Shown piece after piece: positions 42,430 to 50,758 of a stretch of DNA of 64,000 nucleotides. Within the stretch, counting starts at the first letter, position 1. Every line of letters begins with the position of its first letter. The notes beneath the pieces were generated by a model that was not told the DNA's origin, ran no database searches, and worked only from the letters and a program-made list of their open reading frames with translations. Made by a program: the position numbers and the translations under genes. The DNA lies in assembly GCA_026397255.1 (NCBI GenBank), contig JAPLVF010000007.1:3129-67128 (forward strand), in the 5' to 3' direction. The DNA is from Candidatus Beckwithbacteria bacterium. GTDB taxonomy: Bacteria; Patescibacteriota; Microgenomatia; UBA1400; CG1-02-47-37.

Positions 42430-42803
42430 TTTTTAATGATGGCGCCTAAAACGCCATTAATAAATTTAGGAGTAGTTTCACTGCCATAAGTTTTAGCTAA
42501 CTCAATTGCTTCATCTATCACCACCTTTGGCGGGGTAATGCCGGCCTTCATTTCTTTAACCGCTAATCTTAAGATAGCCAAATCAACTTTATTTAATTTA
42601 TTAATCGGCCAATCAGGGGCATTTAGACTGATGATTTTGTCTATTTCTGTATTGAATTTTTCATTACGGAAGATCGAAGAAAAAAGTCTTTTAAATGATT
42701 TAATTCGTTTAAGGTGGCGGGGGTCAGAAACTGATTTCATCAATATTGACGGCAATTGGGACACAAGACGTGAGGAGGTTTTTGTTGATGGCAATGAGGG
42801 CAA
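42426..42803 (-). CDS. nusB: Transcription antitermination factor NusB-like (true start probably internal ~42740)
   Basis: Size and all-helical pattern; position next to rnc. Confidence 0.55.
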   Translation of the reverse strand: MPSLPSTKTSSRLVSQLPSILMKSVSDPRHLKRIKSFKRLFSSIFRNEKFNTEIDKIISLNAPDWPINKLNKVDLAILRLAVKEMKAGITPPKVVIDEAIELAKTYGSETTPKFINGVLGAIIKK

Positions 42804-42875
42804 GGGACAAGGGTAGGTTTAGTTAAATGAATAGCTGCCCGGCGTTTTCCCTGACGGCGAGTAGAAATTTTTCTT

Positions 42876-44816
42876 TTAGGCTGCGGTGGCATATGAATTT
42901 ATTTTATGCTTTTCTAGTTCTTTTTTCAAGAGCGGAGTTAGATTTTTTAAATTCGAAACGGCGTTCTTGGTTCTTTCGATTAAATCTGTCTCAGTTAATG
43001 AAGCAAATTTTAAATCAAAAAAACCATGTTGCTTTAAGCCATATAAATCGCCAGGACCGCGTAGCTTTAGATCTAGTTCGGCTAATTTAAGTCCGGAAAA
43101 GTTAGTTTCGAGATATTTTAAACGGGTAAAGGCAGATTGGCTTTGACTAAAAATAAGACAATAAGAATCTTTTTGGCTGCGGCCGACGCGACCGCGGAGT
43201 TGATGTAATTGGGCTAAACCAAATCTCTCCGCGTTTTCAATTAAAATAATGGTGGCATTAGGAAAATCAATCCCAACTTCAATGACTGGCGTGGCCACTA
43301 AAATATTAATTTTATTTTTCTTAAATTTCTCAAGAAGTTTGGTTTTTTCTTTATTTTTAAGGCGGCCGTGAAGTAAGCCTAACTTTAAATTATTAAAGAC
43401 AGACTTTAATTGATTAAACTCGAGCGAAACGGCCTTAATGTCTTTCATTGTTTCTTTTTCCGAGGGGTCAATCAGTGGACAAACAATAAAGGCTTGGGTG
43501 TGATTAGTAGTTATTTCTTTGGCAATCCAATGATAAGCATCTAACCGTTTTTCAGGAGGGACAACCCACGTTTTTACTGTTTTCCTGCCGATAGGCATTT
43601 CATCAAGGAGGGATAAATCCAAATCAGCATAGACCGTTAAGGCGAAGGTTCGGGGAATTGGGGTGGCGGTCATAGTTAATAGATGCGGAGTAATTTTATT
43701 TTCTGTCAGAATTTGTGAGCGTTGACGGACGCCGAACCGATGTTGTTCATCAATTACCAACAGGCCGATTTGTTTGGAAATTTTTCTGAATAAAAGGGCA
43801 TGGGTACCGACTAAGATGTGCGGAGCGCGGAGCGCGGAGCGCGGAGATTTTGTTGAGGAAGTGACTAATTGAATTTTAATACCGGTGTCAGCAAAAACTG
43901 TTTTTAAAGTTTGATAGTGTTGATTGGCTAGTATTTCTGTTGGGGCCATCAGGACTGATTGGTAGCCGTTTAAATAGGCAGCAAACATAGCAATGGCCGC
44001 CAAAACGGTTTTACCTGAACCAACTTCTCCTTGTAATAAACGGTTCATCGGCCGGTCTTTATTTAAATCAGCCAGAATTTCTTTTAAGCAGCGGTTTTGG
44101 GCGGAAGTTAACGAAAATGGCAAAGAGCTAATTAGGTTTAAAATCTTTTCCTGATCAATTTTAAATTGGTAGGATAACTTTTTTTCCTGCCAAGTTTTTT
44201 TTCTTTCCAGAGCCTCAAGTTGTAATAAAAACATTTCGTTAAAGCTTAAGCGTTTGACGGCGTCGTCAATTTGCCCTTGATTTTTAGGAAAGTGAAGCTG
44301 ATGCAGGGCAGAATTTAAATCAATTAAGCAATATTTTTTTTGAATGTCTAAAGGCAGCCAGTCAGCAATTTTTATTTGTTTTAAAAGATAATGAATGCGA
44401 GAACGGAGCCACTTGGAAGAAACACCGACGGTTTCTGGATAAATCGCTACGAGACGGCCAGTATGAATCAATTCTTGCCCCTCTTTAATTATTTCGTAGT
44501 CGTTGCCGCTGAAACGGATTTTAGTTCCTAGTGTAAGTGTTTTAATAAGAAAAGGTTGATTGAAATAGGTAATTTCTTGATTACCGTCGTTAGTTTTAAC
44601 AATAATTTTTTGAACTGTTTTGCCAAACCGAGTGTAGAGATTGCGGCTGCTGACAATGATTCCAATTTTAGCTTGGCTCAAGTCTTCATAACGGAAAGGA
44701 TAGTGATGAAGCAGGCCTTCGACAGAACTAATATTTAATCTTTTTAGTTTATGGGCATAAACCGGACCGATCAGGAAGAGTTGATCGATTAGGGTATCGA
44801 GGGTGAGTTGAGGCAT
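42876..44816 (-). CDS. recG: ATP-dependent DNA helicase RecG
   Basis: Wedge domain, helicase motifs GSGKT, DEQHRFGV; contains a 7-bp tandem repeat. Confidence 0.9.
   Translation of the reverse strand: MPQLTLDTLIDQLFLIGPVYAHKLKRLNISSVEGLLHHYPFRYEDLSQAKIGIIVSSRNLYTRFGKTVQKIIVKTNDGNQEITYFNQPFLIKTLTLGTKIRFSGNDYEIIKEGQELIHTGRLVAIYPETVGVSSKWLRSRIHYLLKQIKIADWLPLDIQKKYCLIDLNSALHQLHFPKNQGQIDDAVKRLSFNEMFLLQLEALERKKTWQEKKLSYQFKIDQEKILNLISSLPFSLTSAQNRCLKEILADLNKDRPMNRLLQGEVGSGKTVLAAIAMFAAYLNGYQSVLMAPTEILANQHYQTLKTVFADTGIKIQLVTSSTKSPRSALRAPHILVGTHALLFRKISKQIGLLVIDEQHRFGVRQRSQILTENKITPHLLTMTATPIPRTFALTVYADLDLSLLDEMPIGRKTVKTWVVPPEKRLDAYHWIAKEITTNHTQAFIVCPLIDPSEKETMKDIKAVSLEFNQLKSVFNNLKLGLLHGRLKNKEKTKLLEKFKKNKINILVATPVIEVGIDFPNATIILIENAERFGLAQLHQLRGRVGRSQKDSYCLIFSQSQSAFTRLKYLETNFSGLKLAELDLKLRGPGDLYGLKQHGFFDLKFASLTETDLIERTKNAVSNLKNLTPLLKKELEKHKINSYATAA
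43820..43846. repeat. Heptanucleotide tandem repeat (GCGGAGC)x3.9 within recG
   Basis: Read directly; encodes RSALRAP on the minus strand. Confidence 0.8.
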
Positions 44817-44919
44817 TATCTGAGGGAATAAAACAAAGGTAAAAGTGAGCCGATTAACAGACTGAGGCTGGAAATAGCGACCAGAATGGTAAAAAGTCTT
44901 TTTTGGCGTTTGTTTAATC

Positions 44920-46041
44920 TCATACGACTTTAACGAAAGTTTTTTGCCCGATTTTTAAACGGTCCCCTATTTTAAGCGGGGCGTATAGATCGGTAGTTTT
45001 AAGATTGTTAATATCAACGGCCCCTTGAATAATTAATCTTTTGGCTTCAGCGTTGCTAGCGGTAATTTGAGCTAAGGTTTTAATCAAGTTTTCTTTAAAT
45101 TTGATGGTTTCTTTGTATTCCGGGGCTTTTTGCTGAAACGTTTGCTCAAAATGTTTTTGGGCAACTTTGGCGTTGTTTAATCCATGGTATTGACTGGTGA
45201 TTTCTAAAGCTAGGGTTTTTTTAACCGTGAGAGGGTCATTTTTAGGCATTGTTTTGTCGGTGAAAAATTCCCAGTAGTCGGGCATTAATTCATCGCGCAC
45301 GGCCATCAACTTGGCAAACATGTCCTCGGCCGTGTCAGTCAGCCAGATACAATTACCTGAAGTTTTGTTCATTTGTTGGCCATCGGTGCCTAAAATCATT
45401 TTTCCGGCCAAGACAAATTTTTCCCGGTGATTGATTTTTTGCTGCAGTTCCCGACCGACGAGCATGTTAAAAATTTGATCAGTACCGCCTAACTCCAGAT
45501 CAACGTCCATAACAACGGAATCGTAACCTTGTAAAAGCGGATACATAGTTTCGTGATACCAGACAGTGTCTCCAAGTTTTAGTCGTCTTTGAAACATTTC
45601 TCTCTTAAAAAGCTGGACGGCGGAAATTTTCGAGGCAATCTCAATAATATCTTTTAAATTCATTTTTAAAAGCCAGTCGCCATTATATTTAATTTTGACT
45701 TTATTAAAATCAATAATTGGCTTAACTTGGTCTTTCCAAGTTTTGATATTCTGATCAATTTCCGTTTGAGTTATTAACTTTCTTGCGGTTCCCCGCTGGG
45801 AAGGGTCGCCAACCAAAACCGTGCCGGTGCCGAAAAGCAAAATCGCTTCGTGGCCAAGATCAGCGAACTGCTGAAGTTTTCTTAACATGACTGTATGGCC
45901 TAAATGTAAGTTGGTGGCCGTCGGGTCAATTCCCAAGTATAGCTTGATCTTTTTTGTCTGCATCAGTTTTTTCAGACCTTCCTTGCTGGGTAAAATCTGT
46001 TCTACTCCCCTAGCTAAAACCTGATCGATAGTTATTGGCAT
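44920..46041 (-). CDS. tyrS: Tyrosyl-tRNA synthetase (no S4 domain)
   Basis: HIGH motif HLGH; KMSKS-like MNKTSG; GxDPT N-terminus. Confidence 0.85.
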   Translation of the reverse strand: MPITIDQVLARGVEQILPSKEGLKKLMQTKKIKLYLGIDPTATNLHLGHTVMLRKLQQFADLGHEAILLFGTGTVLVGDPSQRGTARKLITQTEIDQNIKTWKDQVKPIIDFNKVKIKYNGDWLLKMNLKDIIEIASKISAVQLFKREMFQRRLKLGDTVWYHETMYPLLQGYDSVVMDVDLELGGTDQIFNMLVGRELQQKINHREKFVLAGKMILGTDGQQMNKTSGNCIWLTDTAEDMFAKLMAVRDELMPDYWEFFTDKTMPKNDPLTVKKTLALEITSQYHGLNNAKVAQKHFEQTFQQKAPEYKETIKFKENLIKTLAQITASNAEAKRLIIQGAVDINNLKTTDLYAPLKIGDRLKIGQKTFVKVV

Positions 46042-46808
46042 ATTAAATTTATAATTGATTTTAGTTTATTTTCCAACGGTGTTTTGTTGGGAAAAGCATT
46101 AATCAATTTCTCAAATAATATTGTAATACGATTTAAATGGTTTTTCACCGCAGGATTTAACTTAGCAACATTCCACTCCGGAGTGGAATGTTGATCAATT
46201 ATTATTCTAGCGGCGGGGTCGGTAGAAAGGTATGGACTTTCTTGGGGTTTATTAGGATTAATAGTGACTCCGGGTTTAGTAAAAATCGACTGAATCGGAA
46301 GACCAAATTGTTGGTCAAAATGAGATTCGTCAGTTTTATGATTAGTTTCGGCTAAAGAAAAACTCCAGCCGATTTTAAGGCCGCAATTATGTTGGTTAAA
46401 AAAATGTAAGACATCTCTTGTTTCCAGTGCTTCGTAAGATTGCGGTAAAGCATTGGGGAAAATTTCTGACGCCTTAAATATATACCAATTTTCAAGCTTA
46501 AAATTTGTAATAATTATTTGAATAATTTGATGTAAATTAGCAGCGGCCTTTTTACACTGTTCCCTATCAAGATTATTCGCCAGCCAGGCGTGCTGATCGG
46601 CAACTAATAAAAATACCTGACTTTTTGGGATTTGAAGCTTAACAAATTCGGCGGACAAGAGAAAACCAATTAAGTCAAACGGCGCAGCCTGGCTGATTTT
46701 GGTTTCAGTGGCGATGCCGGTACCAAGAAAAATATTTGGTTTTGTTTGGTCCACTATAAAATCTGCCTGGTTAGGCCAAAAAAGCGGATTTTGCGATAAA
46801 TTTATCAT
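46032..46808 (-). CDS. Degenerate TrpRS-like class I aaRS paralog (no canonical HIGH/KMSKS), with REP2 insertion in the coding sequence
   Basis: LLVADQHAWL resembles the TrpRS IVDQHAIT motif; start codon 3 nt after tRNA-Tyr. Confidence 0.35.
   Translation of the reverse strand: MINLSQNPLFWPNQADFIVDQTKPNIFLGTGIATETKISQAAPFDLIGFLLSAEFVKLQIPKSQVFLLVADQHAWLANNLDREQCKKAAANLHQIIQIIITNFKLENWYIFKASEIFPNALPQSYEALETRDVLHFFNQHNCGLKIGWSFSLAETNHKTDESHFDQQFGLPIQSIFTKPGVTINPNKPQESPYLSTDPAARIIIDQHSTPEWNVAKLNPAVKNHLNRITILFEKLINAFPNKTPLENKLKSIINLICQ
46169..46190. repeat. REP2 copy 3 (inside ORF 46032..46808)
   Basis: Identical palindrome, extended 26 bp; translates HSTPEWN in frame. Confidence 0.7.
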
Positions 46809-46811
46809 AGG

Positions 46812-46896
46812 TGCTGAGGGAGGGATTTGAACCCCCGAAGCTTAAAAGCAACTGTTCTACAGACAGCCCCGATTGACCGGACTCCGGCACCTCAGC
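46812..46896 (-). tRNA. tRNA-Tyr (anticodon GTA), long variable arm
   Basis: Manual fold: acceptor GCTGAGG/CCTCAGC, anticodon stem GCTGT/ACAGT with loop CTGTAGA, T-loop GGTTCAAATCC. Confidence 0.8.
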
Positions 46897-46939
46897 ATAA
46901 AATGGAGCACATCAGCCAAAGGCTGATTGGCCTATGGCC

Positions 46940-46963
46940 AAAAAAATCCCGCTAAGTGCGGGA
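46940..46963 (-). terminator. Hairpin (TCCCGC-ACTTA-GCGGGA) + U7 tract
   Basis: Seen on minus strand, ~180 nt downstream of ORF 47140..47478 and upstream of tRNA-Tyr. Confidence 0.45.
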
Positions 46964-47139
46964 GTCAAGTCAAACAGATAAATTTATCTGTAAAATATTG
47001 ACGTGCTCCGTTGCCGACACACGCTAGTTCTGTGACGGGAACTCCCGTAGCTGATTTTGTCAGCTCTGCTCCAGAGTGTAAAAATTCTCTTTCATCGCTT
47101 TATTAGATTGTCAAAGATGGGTGTATTATAGCACAGAAA

Positions 47140-47478
47140 TTAAAAATCCGCAAGAGTCGGGAGTTGGAGGTGATTTTCAATCCGCCGGGTCCGTTTTTCC
47201 AGATCAAGATAGTCATGTTCAAAAAGATCAATAATATCGTCAGTTTTTTTGTCAATTTTTTTGACGTCTTTTTTCAATCCAAGAACATTTTTCCCGGTTT
47301 CTTTTGATTGTTGTTCTAAGTCTATTACCCTGTTGTTTAGGTTTTTTAATCTATCTTGAAGCTGCATTCTTGAAAGTATAATTTCCGCTCGTAAGCTTTT
47401 CTGTCCAGTTTCCGATTCGGAAACCACTTCTTCTCTAACAACTTTTTTAATTTTGCTTAAATCTTGCTTGGTTAACAT
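47140..47478 (-). CDS. Hypothetical coiled-coil protein
   Basis: 112 aa charged/coiled-coil; no family recognised. Confidence 0.35.
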   Translation of the reverse strand: MLTKQDLSKIKKVVREEVVSESETGQKSLRAEIILSRMQLQDRLKNLNNRVIDLEQQSKETGKNVLGLKKDVKKIDKKTDDIIDLFEHDYLDLEKRTRRIENHLQLPTLADF

Positions 47479-47501
47479 AAGTCTAAATTAGCACGTTAAA
47501 T

Positions 47502-48116
47502 TTACTTTTTCAACCAGGAAACGCCCAGATAAGTAAACGGGGTTTCGATAATCGACATAGAACATTTTAAGAACCAGTAGGGCCAGATTAAAGAAACTAG
47601 AAAACCAATATTACCAGGGGCATAAAAAGCTAAGGAATAAAAGATAACCGTGTCAAAGAGTTGGCCAATAAAGTTGGATAAGTTATTTCTCAGCCATAAA
47701 TTTTTCTGGCCTAATTTTTCCCTGATTTTGCTAAACACGAAAACATCAAAGCGTTCGCTTAAGAAAAAAGCGGTTAGACTGGCTAGAGTAATGCGCAAGG
47801 ACTTGGCAAAAATTAAGTTATAAGCGTCGTTGGTCGGCAGAAAACGTTTGGCTGGCGGCAAGGAAATACAGAGGAGGTTGTAAGCGGCTAAACCAATTAA
47901 AATGTATAAACTGATTTTAATAAAACTGCGGGCGCGGGCTTTGCCGTAAACTTCAGTGACAATATCGTTAATGGTGAAGGTTAAGGGAAGGATAAAGATA
48001 CCGACGGCGGCTTTAATAAAACCGATTTGAAAAATTTTGCTGCCGAGTAGTTCGGCGCTAACAATAGCGGCGATGTAGACAGCCAAGAGTAAATCAAGTT
48101 TCTGAGTTTTGTCCAT
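47502..48116 (-). CDS. Queuosine-precursor transporter YhhQ-like (DUF165/VUT family)
   Basis: PLTFTINDIVTEVYG resembles the YhhQ motif PFIFLATDLTVRIFG; 6 TMs. Confidence 0.55.
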   Translation of the reverse strand: MDKTQKLDLLLAVYIAAIVSAELLGSKIFQIGFIKAAVGIFILPLTFTINDIVTEVYGKARARSFIKISLYILIGLAAYNLLCISLPPAKRFLPTNDAYNLIFAKSLRITLASLTAFFLSERFDVFVFSKIREKLGQKNLWLRNNLSNFIGQLFDTVIFYSLAFYAPGNIGFLVSLIWPYWFLKCSMSIIETPFTYLGVSWLKK

Positions 48117-48142
48117 AAAGTTAAAAGGAGTATATTATATTT

Positions 48143-50758
48143 ATGAGTAACTGGCAACGAGAGTGGCGGAGAAGGGTCAATAAACTGAAGGAATTTTCTC
48201 ACAGCTACAGAATTAGAACTAAGGCAGATTTTATTAAATTTGTGGCTTTGTTAACGTTTGTCGGTTTAGTGGTTGGTTCGCTATTAGGAGTGGTTTTATT
48301 TGCCTGGTATTCACGGGATCTACCCCAACCCGGTAAGATTGTCAGGCGGGAAGGGTTTGCGACGAAAATTTTAGACCGCAACGGTGAACTTTTATATGAT
48401 GTTTTTGCTGATCAAAAACGGACCCCGGTCACGTTGGATAAAATACCGGAGAAATTAAAGGAGGCGACGGTAGCGATTGAGGATAAAAATTTTTATAAAC
48501 ATCAGGGATTTGATCCTATGGGTTGGTTGAGAGCGGTGTTTAATATTTTAGTGCGCCATAGTTTGCAAGGCGGATCAACCTTGACACAACAGTTAGTTAA
48601 GAATGTGTTATTGACTTCTCAAAGAACCATAGGGAGAAAGATTCAGGAATTTGTACTGGCAGTAGAGATTGAAAAAAAATATACCAAAGACGAAATTTTG
48701 CAGATGTATCTAAACGAAGCCCCTTACGGCGGAACGGCTTGGGGAGTGGAGTCGGCTAGTGAGACATATTTCGGAAAAAGCGTGACTGATTTAAATTTAG
48801 TGGAGTGTGCAATTTTGGCCGGCTTACCCCAATCGCCGACTAGCTACTCGCCGTTTGGAACGAGTCCGGAGGCTTATAAAACCAGGACTAAAGATGTTTT
48901 GCGGCGGATGAGAGAAGATAGCTATATTTCCAAAAGCGAAGAGAATCAGGCTTTGAATGATTTAAATCAAGTTTCGTTTGCTCAAGAGGGGGCAGATTTC
49001 AAAGCGCCGCATTTTGTGATGTATGTCAAGCAACAATTGATTGATCGTTACGGCGAAAAATTGGTCGAGCAAGGCGGGTTAACAGTAACGACGACGTTAG
49101 ATTGGCAATTGCAGGAGAAAGCGCAGGTAATTGTGGCGGAGGAAATTAAAAAAGTGGAGAGTTTGAAGATTACTAACGGGGCGGCGATGGTATTAGATCC
49201 GCAGACCGGAGAAATTTTAGCGATGGTCGGATCAAAAGATTATTTTGATGAAAACTATGATGGTAAAGTGAATGTGAATTTGTCACAGAGACAACCGGGG
49301 TCAGCGATTAAACCAATTACTTACGTGACGGCGTTTAAAGAGGGTTATACAGCGGCAACAATGTTGGTTGACGTGGAAACCGTGTTCCCCGGCGGCGTTA
49401 ATTTGCCGGAATACAAACCGAAAAACTATGACGGGAAACTTCATGGTCCGGTACAATTAAGATACGCTTTGGGAAGTTCTTTAAATATTCCGGCGGTGAA
49501 ACTGTTGCAATTGGTAGGGATTAAAGATATGTTAACAACAGCTTATAAAATGGGTTTGACAACACTGGAACCGACTCAGGAGCACGTGAATCGTTTCGGG
49601 CTGTCAGTGACACTGGGTGGCGGTGAAGTGCGTTTGATTGACATGGTGGCGGCCTACAGTGCTTTTGCCAACACCGGACTAAAAGTGGAGCCGATCAGTA
49701 TTTTAAAAGTGGAAGACAGCAACGGGAAGGTGTTGGAACAGTTTAAACCCACCCAAGGGCAACGGGTTTTAAGCGAGGAAGAAGCTTGGTTAATTACCGA
49801 TATTTTGTCAGATAACAATGCCCGGTTGATTAGTTTTGGGCCCAACAGTTTGTTAAATATTAGCAACCGGACAGTGGCGGTGAAAACCGGAACCACTAAT
49901 GATCAAAGAGATAACTGGGCAATTGGGTGGACGCCGGATATAATGGTGGGTGCTTGGGTAGGAAATAATGACAATACGCCGATGAAAACAGTGGCGTCAG
50001 GGGTTTCCGGGGCTTCACCAATCTGGAGACGAATTATTTTGGAAGCGATTAAAGATAAGCCGCTGAAAGAATGGGCAGTGCCGAAAGGAATTGTAAGTTT
50101 GGATGTCGACAGCATCTCCGGCTTAGTCAGCCACGACGGTTATCCGTCCAGGAAAGAATATTTTATTAAGGGGACGGAACCGGTAGGAGTAGATACTATT
50201 CACACTAAGCTGAAAGTTTGTAAAGGTCAGGAAAAGTTGGCTCCGGATACGCTAGCGGCCCGGGGCGATTACGACGAAAAAGAATATATTGTGTTAAAGG
50301 AAAGCGATCCTGGCGGCGGCAGCCGCAACCGCTGGCAGGAAGGAATTGACGCCTGGATTAACGGCCAAAGTGACGGCAGGTATAAATATCCCAAAGAATA
50401 TTGCAGTGATTCAACTGAGGTGGTAGTGGAGATTGAAGAACCTGGGGATAAAACTCAAATTAATTCTCATGATATTACTATAAAAACTAAGGTGACAGGT
50501 AATAGTTCAATTAAACAAGTAGAATTTTACGCAAATGATGAAAAGAAAGGCCCGACTTTAACGAGTAAACCGTTTGAAACGACAATTTCTTTGGCTGATG
50601 GGATATATACAATTAAAGTTAAAGCAGTTGATGAAAAAGGAAATGTTGGTGAAAGTCAGATTAAGATTGGGGTGAATAAACCTTGGGATTGGCAGCCCTC
50701 ACCGAGTCCGTCACCGTCATTGAGTCCATCCCCCTTTCCATTGCCTCCTAGCCCTTAA
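48143..50758 (+). CDS. Class A penicillin-binding protein (transglycosylase/transpeptidase) with Pro/Ser-rich C-terminal tail
   Basis: GT51 motifs EDKNFYKH, GGSTLTQQ; TPase SAIKP, SLN, KTGT; SD AAGGAG. Confidence 0.9.
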   Translation: MSNWQREWRRRVNKLKEFSHSYRIRTKADFIKFVALLTFVGLVVGSLLGVVLFAWYSRDLPQPGKIVRREGFATKILDRNGELLYDVFADQKRTPVTLDKIPEKLKEATVAIEDKNFYKHQGFDPMGWLRAVFNILVRHSLQGGSTLTQQLVKNVLLTSQRTIGRKIQEFVLAVEIEKKYTKDEILQMYLNEAPYGGTAWGVESASETYFGKSVTDLNLVECAILAGLPQSPTSYSPFGTSPEAYKTRTKDVLRRMREDSYISKSEENQALNDLNQVSFAQEGADFKAPHFVMYVKQQLIDRYGEKLVEQGGLTVTTTLDWQLQEKAQVIVAEEIKKVESLKITNGAAMVLDPQTGEILAMVGSKDYFDENYDGKVNVNLSQRQPGSAIKPITYVTAFKEGYTAATMLVDVETVFPGGVNLPEYKPKNYDGKLHGPVQLRYALGSSLNIPAVKLLQLVGIKDMLTTAYKMGLTTLEPTQEHVNRFGLSVTLGGGEVRLIDMVAAYSAFANTGLKVEPISILKVEDSNGKVLEQFKPTQGQRVLSEEEAWLITDILSDNNARLISFGPNSLLNISNRTVAVKTGTTNDQRDNWAIGWTPDIMVGAWVGNNDNTPMKTVASGVSGASPIWRRIILEAIKDKPLKEWAVPKGIVSLDVDSISGLVSHDGYPSRKEYFIKGTEPVGVDTIHTKLKVCKGQEKLAPDTLAARGDYDEKEYIVLKESDPGGGSRNRWQEGIDAWINGQSDGRYKYPKEYCSDSTEVVVEIEEPGDKTQINSHDITIKTKVTGNSSIKQVEFYANDEKKGPTLTSKPFETTISLADGIYTIKVKAVDEKGNVGESQIKIGVNKPWDWQPSPSPSPSLSPSPFPLPPSP

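Noticed and set aside
43820-43846. CRISPR array
   Set aside because: Only a 7-bp microsatellite inside recG with no spacers. No CRISPR-like repeat-spacer structure seen anywhere in the window.
46812-47139. T-box riboswitch upstream of the tRNA-Tyr/tyrS unit (and upstream of thrS)
   Set aside because: No T-box consensus (GGGTGG/TGGNACC-containing antiterminator) found on either strand, and thrS is only 9 nt from tRNA-Val.
47081-47139. Minus-strand TTGACA and TATAAT hexamers as a promoter for tRNA-Tyr
   Set aside because: The TATAAT precedes the TTGACA in transcription direction, and the spacing to alternative -10 candidates is ~28 nt.
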